NCBI GenBank assembly: GCA_040357565.1
Contig: JBDODJ010000059.1
Direction: 5' to 3' (one strand)
DNA length: 64,000 nucleotides
Origin: Cercozoa sp. M6MM
Lineage: Eukaryota; Protista; Endomyxa: Ascetosporea
The stretch's first letter is position 1, and each line of letters opens with the position of its first letter. Made by a program: the position numbers and the translations under genes. This document shows positions 12,202 to 23,523 of the stretch, piece by piece. The notes beneath the pieces are model-generated. The model saw only the letters and a program-made list of their open reading frames with translations, was not told the DNA's origin and did no database searches.

Positions 12202-15110
12202 CTAGTCCTTCCTGTCAAGCATCGCAACAATGTAATTTGTTGATGCTGTATAAATCAAGCTCAGCAGTAGTACCAGCGAGAACAGGGGCGGGGGATCTTT
12301 CATGCTGCGCTTGGTGCAGTCAGCTTCTACAGACAGCAACAGTGCACACGCACATACGCAGTGAGATTTCCATCTCGACAGACCCGATAGATCAATGACG
12401 AGACGACGCCGCAGTCGCATCGGCGACGGCGTGCAGAGTGCTGCCACCATCGGGATCGCTTGCTCACTGGCCACGGTGCGGAGATGAAGTTGCACGTAGC
12501 GAGTGACCTTGTCGAGTTCGATGGCGTCCAAGCACTGCAGCGTCAGGTTGCTGCGCAAGGCACAGTTATATTATCAGCGAAAAACCAAAGAGGATCCGAT
12601 ACTACACTTTCTCAAAAAACAGCGTACAGTTGCTGGCGCTCACGACGCGCGTGTTCAGTGATTTTGGACAACAACTCGCGCTTCGACTCATTGTTGCCGA
12701 AACTGATGGAGCTACGTCGTCGTCGTTTCTGACGGCATGTCACAGCTGCTCCTGTGATACAGTTTTCTTTTTGTTGTTGCTTCTTGCACGACTTGCAAAC
12801 GGCACCTCGAATGAAAAAAGAACTATACCTTGCACGGCGCCAAGAGCTTCGAGTTTGCGAATCGCAAGGTCGCGCAGCACGTGCAAGAAACGCATGGGGG
12901 GCAAGATGCAGCACTCCTAAGCAAGTTCAAAATGACAGATAAGCGACGACTTTGGTTTTGACAAAGACACAGCTCACACTGGCTTCGTTCGACGTCGCGT
13001 CTTTTATCGTGGGGTTCACCGAAATTCGACGGAACGCGTGTTCCCACAACAATTCGTCGTTAGCGACGCGACTTTTTCCACTCTTGGATTTTTGCTGCTC
13101 GGAAATAGACTGTGACTCGGACAAGCACGCAAATAAACACACAAACACACAACTTACTAGAGCATTGATGACATCGCCGTAGGTAAAGGTCCAAGTTTGC
13201 CCATTCGCGTGCGCGTCGCAGAGCGCGTGCTGCAGTGTCGAAACGCGTGAGTAAAAGTACTGAGCCAGTACAAGACTGAGCAGACACTCTGTCATGTTCT
13301 GCTTGGCTCCCTCGATCGTTTCCGGAATCGTAAGCATGCTACAGGAACAAGACTCAACGTTTCACTAGAATACATGTAAATCCGGGACAGAAATGAATAC
13401 AGTTCCTTGGCGATGTTCCTGTTGGCACCACTCGCTTTCTGCGACTGCCACAGCGACTGAGAAGTGCCGTGCTCCGCAAACGCACCGACGACAGGAACCA
13501 CGGCGACGTTGCCGATGCATGCGATGTAAGTCTGTGATAGGGAAAGAGTTGAGAGTTGAGGTAGGTATGAACAGAAAACTCACAAGTGCGAGTTTACCTC
13601 AAAGCCGGGAAACGCGAACTGAATAAACTTGGAGTCGTTGGACGTCAGCTCCGATGGGTCAATGCAGAGCACGCGCGTGCGTCGCAGCACTTCATGACCA
13701 TGTTCCAGGCACTTCTCCATTCGCTGGAGCGCCTCGAGCATCTGCTTTGACTCGGCACTGCGACGGTGCTTGTCCACCGCGAGCCACTGACCACTGAAAG
13801 TGTCAGTCCGAGCGCCGCTGTCAGGAGTGCCGGCAGAAAAAGGCAGAAACGCCGAGTGCAAGACCGTCGAACTGTTAAAGCACACGTGCTGCAGCAAGGC
13901 GATCTGACGCATGACATTTCGAGGTTCATCCATGACACGCTCGCACAGACGCTTGGTTTCGTCCACGACCGGTCCTGTGTCAACAAGGCGCGGCGTGAAG
14001 TTCTGACTCTGAACGCCAGAATCGCTCGACAGCTTGTGCGTGCCAAAGACGCTGACGCTGGCACTTCTCTGCTTCAGACGACGGGGAGCCGGGCCGCTGC
14101 TTTGCGGTCGACGATTTTGCTGCTTCAGGAACTGCCGAGTCGAAGGGGTCGGCGTTTGCGAAAGGCTCCGAGTACGCATGCGATCGCGTCTTTCAACAGG
14201 CTGTCCGGGAGCACTGCAGCCGGGCTCCTTCAACAAACTGTCACGCAACCTATGCGTTGCTGCAAGCACACACCGCAATAAAACCTCTAAAATACTATTT
14301 ATTATGGGTATCTTAGAAATCAAGCATACTTCGCATCAGCTCGTCGTAAGTCTGTGAAATCAAACGATGCGCCTCGGACATGTCTGTGTGCGATTTGTTC
14401 TCGTTGTCGCACTGCGATTCCTGCCACTGCTGACTGAGCGCCTGGAGTTCTTGCGTCAACTCGGCGATGCGGGTTGACAGAAACGAGGCCACGGCCCTGG
14501 AAGACAGCGCATGGGCCGGTTCTTCCGAGATCGATGACAGTCCAGTCGGGCTCTTTGGGCTAAGTTTCCCAAGAGGAGGTAAACCGCTTTAAGTTGAGAA
14601 GGCTATGGGGAATACCTGAGCGGCAAGGCCAAATCGCGACGTTGCTCCGAGCGAGCCATGCTTGAGACAAGCTCGCCAGCGGTACTTTGCAGCTACAAGC
14701 CAATGGTCCACACGGCAGCGCAAGAGCAACAGGTTAATTTCGGGACACCTCATGGGCGCTTCGGCTTCGCCTGTGCTCTCTCAGGCGGCGCCTACGACCA
14801 ACACCACTGACCCATGCTTATAAAAGACAAACGAGAAAATTATAATACAACATCTCGATCCGTGTACTTCTGCGGCAGCGCTAAATAGACAAAGATGTAG
14901 GCTCAAAACAAAGGTGTGCAATTGGATTGGTGGTCGACCGGGCGTTTCCCGATCACCCACCCCAGTCGAGGCATGCCAGTGCTGATACTGTGACACTGAC
15001 CCAATACACGTGCAAAAAAAAACAGGCACTCCGGGTGAACGTTTCTGGAGCCAGAGTGGCAACTGAAACGGACTCACTGAGAGCAGTCGCAATAGTCTCC
15101 GAGCACCTCT
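12202..15110 (-). CDS. Multi-exon hypothetical protein (both ends uncertain)
   Basis: Long open exons (about 13620-14255, 14328-14580, 12380-12550) are separated by GT-AG introns. One segment looks coiled-coil (TRIAELTQELQALSQQW). I recognise no family. Confidence 0.45.
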
Positions 15111-15134
15111 GTGCACTGATATCTTAGATCACGC

Positions 15135-15205
15135 TGTGACTGTGACTGTGATTGTGACTGTGACTGTGCCTGTGACTGTGCCCGTGACTGTGCCCGTGAC
15201 TGTGC
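15135..15205 (-). repeat. CACAGT-based tandem repeat, translatable as HSHGHSHGHSHRHSHSHNHSHSH
   Basis: Tandem (GTGACT/GTGCCC) units on the + strand. The same codon pattern occurs in the His loop of the adjacent transporter at about 16420-16480. Confidence 0.8.
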
Positions 15206-15605
15206 TTAGTTTAGTTGAGTCTTCTAGGAAACCAACTATGTAAGTTTAGTTCCCCTGCACCAGCCTGGGGTGGGTCACAAGAGCACGGCCGTGTCTACCG
15301 CCCGCTTAGGGTAGGACCATACAACTCCCCTTTCGACGTTCCCCAGACACCGGAGTCGACTTCATGGTTGGTGCCCAATAAGCCAGTATTCTATGACCAG
15401 CACACATCGAGGAACATCAGGAGTACCCGTGGACAGTGGTTGACCGACTGATCGATGTGACAGCGCAGCTTGCTGAAAGGCACCTGCATGCCAGACAATA
15501 GATGTCTCCCATGGGAACTAGGACTGACTCCTCTGCCTTTTAAATGGCTAACTCAGGAACCCAACTCCTTTCGGGCAGGTTCCAAAAAATTAACTCATGT
15601 CTAAA
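15206..15605. mobile_element. Putative ~400-bp insertion carrying a dispersed repeat
   Basis: 15206-15276 matches the reverse complement of 51317-51384, and 15249-15295 partly matches 34989-35034. The segment ends TTAG...CTAA(A). No clear TSD. Confidence 0.5.
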
Positions 15606-18367
15606 CCCAGCTGCAGCTGCAGAAACAGGTCGCGCGGCGGTAGCTGCGACGAGTGCAGCAGCGCGTTCCGCAGGCGCTCTTTGTCGCGCAGCCACTCGCG
15701 CTCGTGATCGTACTGCGGGTCAGTTTCGTGCGTCCGCGCGGAAGGCAGCGTGATTGAAACGACGGCTACGGCACGCTCTTGCGTCTGTCGCCAGAGCTGC
15801 ACCTCACACAAGGCGCCTTGTTCTACTCACAGGAGGTAGCAAGTAAAAAGAGCAATGGGCTGAGGTAGTAAATAGGAAGGGATACCCCTGTAGGGTTTCA
15901 GTGTGTCCAACAGACACTGTCGGAGACGCGTATCCTCACTGGACGGCGTGTGCAGCATCAGCAGCTGCGTTGTCTCCTGCATCATCGGGTACACGGCCAG
16001 CACAATGAGCAGCGAGATGGCTACGCTGCACACTGCACACAGGGGGGGGGGGGGTTAAGGGTAAAAAAGGTAAAAGGGCAAAAAGGTAGGACAAAGGTGA
16101 AAGGTAAAAGCAAAAGGGTAAGGGCAAAAAGGTAAAGGTAAAGGTACAGGGTAAAGGTAAAAAAAGGTACAAAAAGGTACAAAAAGGTAAAAGGTAAAAG
16201 GTAAAGGTAAAAGGCAAAAGGTAAAGGTTAAAAAAGGAAAAAGGTAAAGGTAAAAGGCAAAAGGTAAAGGCAAAAGGGTAAAAGAGTAAAGGATAAAGGG
16301 AGAGAGCCCACCAGCATCGGCCCAGAGCCAGCCCTTCCAGCGAATGAGTTCGCCCGAGACAATGCAGCCGACACTGCCCAAGGTGTCGGCCACGACGTGC
16401 CAGAACAGAGCCTGCTTGTTGTGATCGTGACTGTGACCGTGATCACCGTCATGACTGTGGCCATGGTGACTGTGCTGATCGTGAAAGAAGACGATGCCGA
16501 CCAGGTTGACCAGCAGGCCGAGCCAGCTCACCAGTCGCAGCTTGGCGTCGTCGATCTCGGGCTCTGACAGCAGGCGGCCCACGCTCTCCACCATTACACT
16601 CTGGGGGAGGGGGTAACATCAGGTGGTCAAGAGGGTAGCGGCAAGGGAGTGGGGCAAACAGCGCTACAGCAGAGATGAGCAGCAAGAAGGTGCCGTTGAC
16701 GAAACCGGCCGCCGTGCGCAGTCGCTCCAGTCCGAGGCCTGCGCGACTGTCATTCTGCGGGAACAGGGAGGGGTCAGATAGACAAGAGGGTAGGTAAAGG
16801 GATGGGAGGTGGGAACAGGTAAGACACCGCCGCAGCACGCGCGACGTAGTCGGCATAGAGTCCGACAGCGACGGCAAGCGAGTCGAAGAGCATGTGGCAC
16901 GCGTCGCCAATCAGCGACAAGGAGTGCGTCCAGAAACCGTAGGCGAATTCCACAAACATAAAGACGAAATTGAGCGTGAAGAAAATCAGCATGCGCTCGC
17001 TGTCGCCGCTGCTGCGCACGTGTCGCCAGAACCTGTCCAGACACGTGTCTACTTGGTTCCCTCCCTCTCACTTGGTCCCACTCACTTGGTCCCCTCACTT
17101 GATCCCTCTCACTTGGTCCCACTCACTTGATCCCTCTCACTTGATCCCTCTCACTTGGTCCCACTCACTTGGTCCCCACCCATTTGGTCCCTTTTGCAAG
17201 CAGCAGTCTAGGTATGTGGGTACTGTGCAGGTGACGGCAGGAAGGGCGACACTGACTGCGTGTCGGTGGCGGCACTGTGCGCACGTGTCAGCCACACGCC
17301 CAGACAGAGCGACGCGAAGAGCACCGACGAGAGGGCCGAGGTGCCACCTTGCAGCAGTAGGCAGACCAGCATACTGCACAGTACTGTGCTGGCACCTTGT
17401 CCTTCCTCCAGGACGGTTGTATTGTTGCCGTCGTTGTTGTTGCTGCTGGAGGAGTGTCCGTACAGCACAGTCACGGGCACACAGGCCGATAGTAGTGCCG
17501 CAAAGGCCAGTGACCAACCGGCCGACGACGGGTCTGTGTGCCAGAAGAGCGACACGGCAGTGACACACAGTGTAGCCACTGCCACCAGCAGTGCCTCCAC
17601 CAGCGCACTACGCAGACCAGTCTGCACGAGCCGTGTCTTGACTTGTGTGCGACGCTGCACCAGCTGCTTGCGCCGCAGGTCCATCAGCAGTGCCACTGGT
17701 ACTGACAGCACTGCTAGCACACTCCTCGTTGTCACCTCTGTTCAGATACACAGGGATAAGGGAATGTACAGGGGGGTAAAAGTAGCAGGGGTACCCCGGA
17801 ACTCCACGAGAAGCGACACAAAAACGAGCAGCACGAAAGCGACGGCTACGACAGCGCGGCGCTGCAACTGCGTTTTCGCCTCGTGTTTCGCCTCACGGCC
17901 GCGAGCAGCAAAAGCGGCGAATCGAGTCGCTGCGAAACACAGCGCGCACCGGACGGCTCCAAGTTCGCGCAGTGCCAGAGAGGCACACGCCAGTGACACC
18001 ACAAGAGCGAACACGCCGAACACGACGTCCTGCGCACGCAGGCGACGAGTGACACTGCGCACCTCACGTCGCACCTCGTCTGCGCCGGCCCTCGCCGCCA
18101 CCAGGCCGACATTCAGTGCCACACACAGCAGTGCCAACACCAACAAACGACAGGTCGAGTCACGCAGGAGCGACAACAACGACACGTCGGTGTGTGCCAC
18201 CTCGAGGTCCCGACTGGCCAACAACACGGCCGCCGCCGCCAGCGCTGTTCGCGCCGCCGCTATCGACGCCGCCGACCTTTGAACAACAACAACAAGTACA
18301 CAAGAAACTAGACAGCTCAAGCATCCCCGCTATACCGCGATTCTTGCGTCGCCAGATCGCCCAGCAT
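15590..18367 (-). CDS. CDF-family zinc transporter (ZnT5/Msc2/MTP12-like, with extra N-terminal TM region)
   Basis: Motifs FFTLNFVFMFVEFAYGFWTHSLSLIGDACHMLFD, GLERLRTAAGFVNGTFLL, ESVGRLLSEPEI, GLLVNLVGIVFF, His loop HSHHGHSHDGDHGHSHDHN, ALFWHVVADTLGSVGCIVS and WLWAD. Confidence 0.92.
16040..16280. repeat. Intronic (AAAGGT/AAAGGC)n repeat
   Basis: Directly visible within a Zn transporter intron. Confidence 0.95.
17050..17190. repeat. Intronic 14-bp minisatellite (GGTCCCACTCACTT variants)
   Basis: About 9 tandem units are visible. Confidence 0.9.
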
Positions 18368-18592
18368 TCGCACTTATCGATCGCACACGTGGCACAATCA
18401 ATGTCGCTCCGCTCGACTGATCACTCACACCAAATGCGCCTAGCGGCGCACTACTGGGATTTATGTACTGCGAAAACCACACAATGGGCGCAAAAGCACT
18501 GCTAGCACCTGATATCTTGCGGATTTGCCGGGTTTTTGTTTGTGGCTCGACTTGAGCCAGAGTCACCGGCCAGCTTGTGTGCCAAATTTTGG

Positions 18593-20405
18593 ATGTTTGC
18601 CGCGCGTACATTTGTGTATCGTTCGTTTGCGCAACGTCTGGCAATGTCGTCTATTTGCACGCACTCAGGTAGGCATTTTTTGTATTTTCGTGTCTCCCAG
18701 GTGTGCGTATGAACTTCTTCGAGTGTGCAGGATCCTTCCACGCGGACGAGTCGCTCGCCTGCGCTCTGCTGCGCAAGACGGACCGATTCGCCGGTGCGGA
18801 GGTGCGTCGCTCGCGTGACCCGGAAGTGTGGGCTCAGTGCGACATCCTCGTCGATGTGGGCGGTATACCGCTCACAGTTGCTCCATGGCCAGTCAGAATT
18901 TCTGAATGTTGACATATGTGCAGCTGAGTATGATATCTCGAACTCCAAGTTCGATCACCACCAACGCGGTTTCGAGGAGGTACCTTTTCGCAGTTTCTGT
19001 ATTTCCGTATTTTTTGTATTTGTCTTGGGCAGACCTTTGACACTGAGCACTCGACGAAGCTTTCTTCGGCTGGTTTGATCTACAAGCACTTCGGCCGCGA
19101 GGTTTGGCCAGATCAGAACAGGTTGTTGCTTAGATTTGATTGGTGTTGGTTGGGTGACTCAGATCCTCCAGAAGATGACTGGCTACGAGGGCGAGCAGCT
19201 CAAGCTTCTGTTCCAGAAGATGTACGACTCGTTCATTGAGGTAGTCAGACTCTGTTTCTTGTTTGTGCTTTTGCCTACTGTCGTCTCTTTCGCAGGAGAT
19301 GGACGCGATCGACAACGGCATCAGTCGTTACGAAACTCACTCGGTACGGACTGTTTTTTCTTTTTCTTTAATTGGCGGAATAATGCTATTAATTTGATGG
19401 ACAGGAACCGCGCTACTCGACTGCAGGCACCGATCTGGCCGCTCGTGTGGTCAGTTCTTGCCTTCAGTTTAATCAGTAGTTTTGCTAGACACTGGGGTGT
19501 GTGCAGAGCAAGCTGAACCCGCGTTGGAACGAGGAGGGCGTTGATGTCGACGCTCGGTTCAAGGTACCGCAAACTTTCACCTCAGCAACTGAGCTTATGT
19601 TAATTCTCTTGCAATCTTGTTCGTGTGACTGCAGCAAGCCATGGCGCTGTGCGAATCCGAGTTTGATGAGGCTGTCGATTACTACGTGGTCCGTGTTCCT
19701 GTGCCTGCTAATGTCTAGGTCTATAGCAATCAAGTTGTACCGCTGAATGCAGAAGTCGTGGTTCCCGGCCAAGCAGATCGTCGTCGACGTAAGTCTGGCT
19801 GATCTGTCTTTGTTCCGTTTTAACTTGAAGGACGTGTGCCGGTGTAGGCCATGAACACGCGCGAGCAAGTGCACCCGTCGGGCAGCATTGTGCTCCTCAA
19901 GCAGTTCTGCCCGTGGAAGGGCCACCTGCACTCTCTTGAGGGCCAGATGGCTCTCGGAGAGCAGATCAAGTACGTGCTGTACCCGGACACGTCGGGCAAG
20001 TTCCGTGTCCAGGCTGTTGCCAAGGAGAAGGGCAGTTTTGGTTCGTTTCTTCTTTTTTTTTGGTTTTTTTCGTGTCCGCGCGGAAGCTTAGATGTCTCGT
20101 CTTTTTTTTTTTTGGCGGCATAGAGTCGCGTCTCGCTTTGCCTGAGCCGTGGCGTGGCATCCGTGGCGATGCTCTCTCGCAGCTTACCGGCATTGAGGGT
20201 ATGTGCTTTTCCTTGATTGATCTTGCTTTTTTTTGCATATTGTGTTGTCAGGTTGCATCTTTGTTCACGCCAGCGGTTTTATTGGCGGCAACGATACCAA
20301 GGAGGGCGCTCTCGCCATGGCCTCGAAGGCTCTCGCGATGTGTACTTCTCGTTATCTGCCTTTTCGTTTTAAAGCACGTTTGACGGATTTCGCTCAGTGC
20401 AGTGA
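18593..20405 (+). CDS. MYG1: MYG1 exonuclease (UPF0160), with N-terminal targeting-like extension
   Basis: Spliced translation contains THSGSFHADESLA, RSRDPEVWAQCDILVDVGAEYD, FDHHQRGF, KLSSAGLIYKHFG, EMDAIDNGI, LNPRWNE, FCPWKGHL, SRLALPEPWRG and GCIFVHASGFIGGN. The last exon is ambiguous. Confidence 0.95.
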
Positions 20406-20814
20406 CGCCCGAAATTGGCGAGAAGCGGACTGTGCCACCTGCCTGACTGATCAAGCAACTTGAATAAGCCAAACTTGAATAAGCCAGTGTTGTCGCTCGA
20501 AACGAACTGGACTGAACGGGGATACACGATTCGCCATTTACTCTGACTACTATTGCCACCTGGCGGGTGACTTGCCGCTCATACCGTAGCTACCTTGGTT
20601 TCGCACGCTAACGCGTCACGGTAGTCACTATGCGTACGTTCAGTCCGGGCGAAATGTGGCGTGTGTTGCCCAAGTCCGAACAACCAACGTGCATGATTCT
20701 TCAAGGTTCTGAGACGGAGAGAGCCAACACTCACAAACAGCGCTGTCCGAATCATGCAGCGTGTCCCGTCGTGCCTAGCACATTCGGGCGAACGCTGGGC
20801 TAGCGAACTTTTAA

Positions 20815-22620
20815 TGCTGCTGTACTCACTCTTCACGATCGTGTCGTTTCAAGTTTGGTATCGATTCAGCTTTTTTGAACGCAGGAGAGGCACTCGCACT
20901 CACTCGAGCTCTGAGTCGGAAGCGAGCTGCGTGTTGATGACGCTCGCCTATCTCGTGACAGCAGTGTCGATCTTCTTTGTACTTCTTCTGCGTTGCTGTG
21001 ACAGAAAACCGGAACCCGAGTTTGAAGCGAAAGCTCACCATTTGACGAAAACTCGCAAGCTTTCGCTTTTTTCTCGCAGCTTTGACGAGGACTCAAGTAC
21101 TGACATTGTTTCCATTTGAGCAGCACCAATTGATGGTTTACCGGTTGTTTTGTAGAGACTCTCGTGGTCAAGATGAATCGGCCCAACGATGAAACTGAAA
21201 CTGTGCGCATATTTTTTGATCCGCGCGGAAGCGATCCAAGTCAACAGGATGCGAGTGAGTATCAAGATGTCGAACTCGACTCGAAGTACAGCGAATCGAC
21301 AGCGACCACGCCGAGTGCAAGTACCGGCACGGAGTCAGACGAGTTAGACAACGACTTGTGGGTGCGTTTCGCCGAACTTTCTGACCCTGTCAGCGGTGCA
21401 TTATTAAACTGTGTCAGTGTGCAGTCTGAGACAGATTCTGAGTTTGAGCGTGCCAGTGAGTTCAGTGCTGGGAGTCAGCCAGGCTTTCGAGATCACAGGG
21501 AGTCACCTCAGTACACGCGCTCGACTGGCAGCGAAAGCTCCGCGTCGCGTAGCCGTCGCAACGTCCCTGAAAGCATCCGACGACTGCAATACGACAACGA
21601 TCTCGACGAACACCGGCACTCGGATCTCAGGGATGTCGAAGTCAACGGTTCAAACATTGAAGTACACTATTTCCTTCTTTCTCTCCTTTCTTCTTTTCAC
21701 CTGTGTGTATTTTACTGGTTTATGTTTCATGGTGTACCCAGTAGTTCACCGACTCAGAAGACTCCAGTGAGTAAATTCGCCTCGCAATCTTATTGACTGT
21801 AGTAGCATCGACCGAGTCGACTGAGACCTAAACTTACAGTAAACTGGAATCAACTGAATTAGAAAGTCCGACAACCGAAGCTTAGGTGATCAACAAGGTC
21901 AGTGCCAAGTGCCAACTGGAAAGTGGCATGGCTTTTCCATTTACTTGAAGCGAAGTTGCTTTTGCGCGATGTCGAAAAAATCGAATGCGTGCCCTTGTGT
22001 GTTCACATTATTGCACGTGTACATTTGATCCTGTCAGTAGTGACTGGTTTGAACTCTGAAGGTCCGAAAAAAGACCGCGTGCTGACCAAGTGAGAGATTT
22101 ATCGTTACTCCGGAGGATTGTGGCCTTAAGTTTGCACCTGAAGTACTGTAGGGTTCGCGAAGTGTTCGCAGCATCGCACTCGGTGCGCCACATGTTGTGG
22201 GACTTTCACTGTGACAGTGGCACAGTCGGCACGAAAGAAGCCTTGAAAAGATGCAAGCTCGCTGCCGATGCAGAGGATTACGCCCGTTGGCAGCGACTCC
22301 AAAGACAATCGAACGCGAGAAACCGAGCACTGCTTCGCTTCTTTCGTGTAAACCATATGCATATGAATTCTTTTAAGCCGCGATAACTTAAAGGCTCAGT
22401 ACTTTCAGTTATTTTGGAGTCTACAGGAAAGCGCACTGCTGCTGCAAGCATGCTCACTTCCAACGTCGAACCGAAAGAGCGAACAAAAACTGCCAGTCGA
22501 AGAACCGCACCGGCATACGATTGTGTGGCGAGGCGTGCTGCACGCTTTCGGTGTCGCCGAGACCTACTTCCGGCAGAGCTCGATTTTGTACATTCTGTTC
22601 TGCAGTACAGTCTGCCATGA
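20815..22620 (+). CDS. Hypothetical protein(s): TM segment followed by an acidic Ser-rich region
   Basis: ORFs 20754-21119 (hydrophobic LAYLVTAVSIFFVLLL) and 21164-21796, with further short exons downstream. I recognise no homology. Confidence 0.35.
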
Positions 22621-22636
22621 TACAGTACAAAATGTG

Positions 22637-22710
22637 CAATGTGTTAAGCACTACAATGTATTAAGCACTACAATGTATTAAGCACTACAATGTATTAAGC
22701 ACTGCAATGT
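22637..22710. repeat. 17-bp tandem repeat (AAGCACTACAATGTATT) x ~4
   Basis: Three perfect copies plus degenerate flanking copies are directly visible. Confidence 0.9.
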
Positions 22711-23523
22711 TCCAGCTGCACACCAGAGGAAGTCAGCGAGATGGAACAACAGATGACAGTGTTCTTTGACGCACTGCATGCCGTGTTCAGCTCAATCAGT
22801 CTTCATGTAGGCCTGTGTTTTTTGGACACCGTTTAATCCAAGATAGTTGTGCTGTGACGACTACAAACTTAGGAAGAGGTCTTCTGGGTGGAAGAGTTCT
22901 GGGCCTGTGCAGAGCGTTTGTACCAACAGCAGTGGCACCAACGTGCAGTGATTTCGGGTACATTGTATACTCATCAGTCTGCAATAGCGATTTAGTTTTG
23001 TGTGGTTCAGCCGCGGCTTTCATGCAGTCGATCTGTGGGGCTAAAACACCGACGACACCGCTGAAGCCAAAAGCAGCCACATTGCTCAGTTCTGCAAACC
23101 GACAGACTCTCACGCAGATAGACGACCTGATGAGACAGGTGCTGTACCACGTGTAAGCTCTGTACAACTGGCATAATACTCAACTCAAGTAGGCACCTGC
23201 AGGTGCACGTGCGTGTGCTTCCATTGTTGTCGACTTTGTCGGTGTCAGCGCAACTCTGCTCAGCCACCTGCGCAACTCGGGCAGCGACACGAAAGCGCAC
23301 GGCTGCTGTCGTGTCATGTGACATACACACGCCCACGCAGCTTAGCGCAGACAATAGGTCGACAACTATTTTTATTTTTGGTCTGTTGGTTCGACGCTCC
23401 ATGTGAAAGTGCAAAACGCGATTCGTTAGATCCATAGATACAATGGCAGTAATATCAGTATTGAACAGATTACTTGGGTCTAACATCCAGGTGAGTGAGA
23501 ATGAAATAAATAGTCAAACGAAA

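Noticed and set aside
17260-18282. 340-aa + strand ORF and similar long antisense ORFs (43653-44264, 44846-45454)
   Set aside because: They are shadow ORFs opposite GC-rich exons of real minus-strand genes.
22637-22710. CRISPR-like array (also considered for 17050-17190 and 27430-27510)
   Set aside because: These are head-to-tail repeats with no unique spacers, in a eukaryotic context, with no cas genes.
22796-23486. Intronless ORFs as a possible viral or transposon gene
   Set aside because: I see no recognisable motifs, termini or long frame, so no call can be supported.
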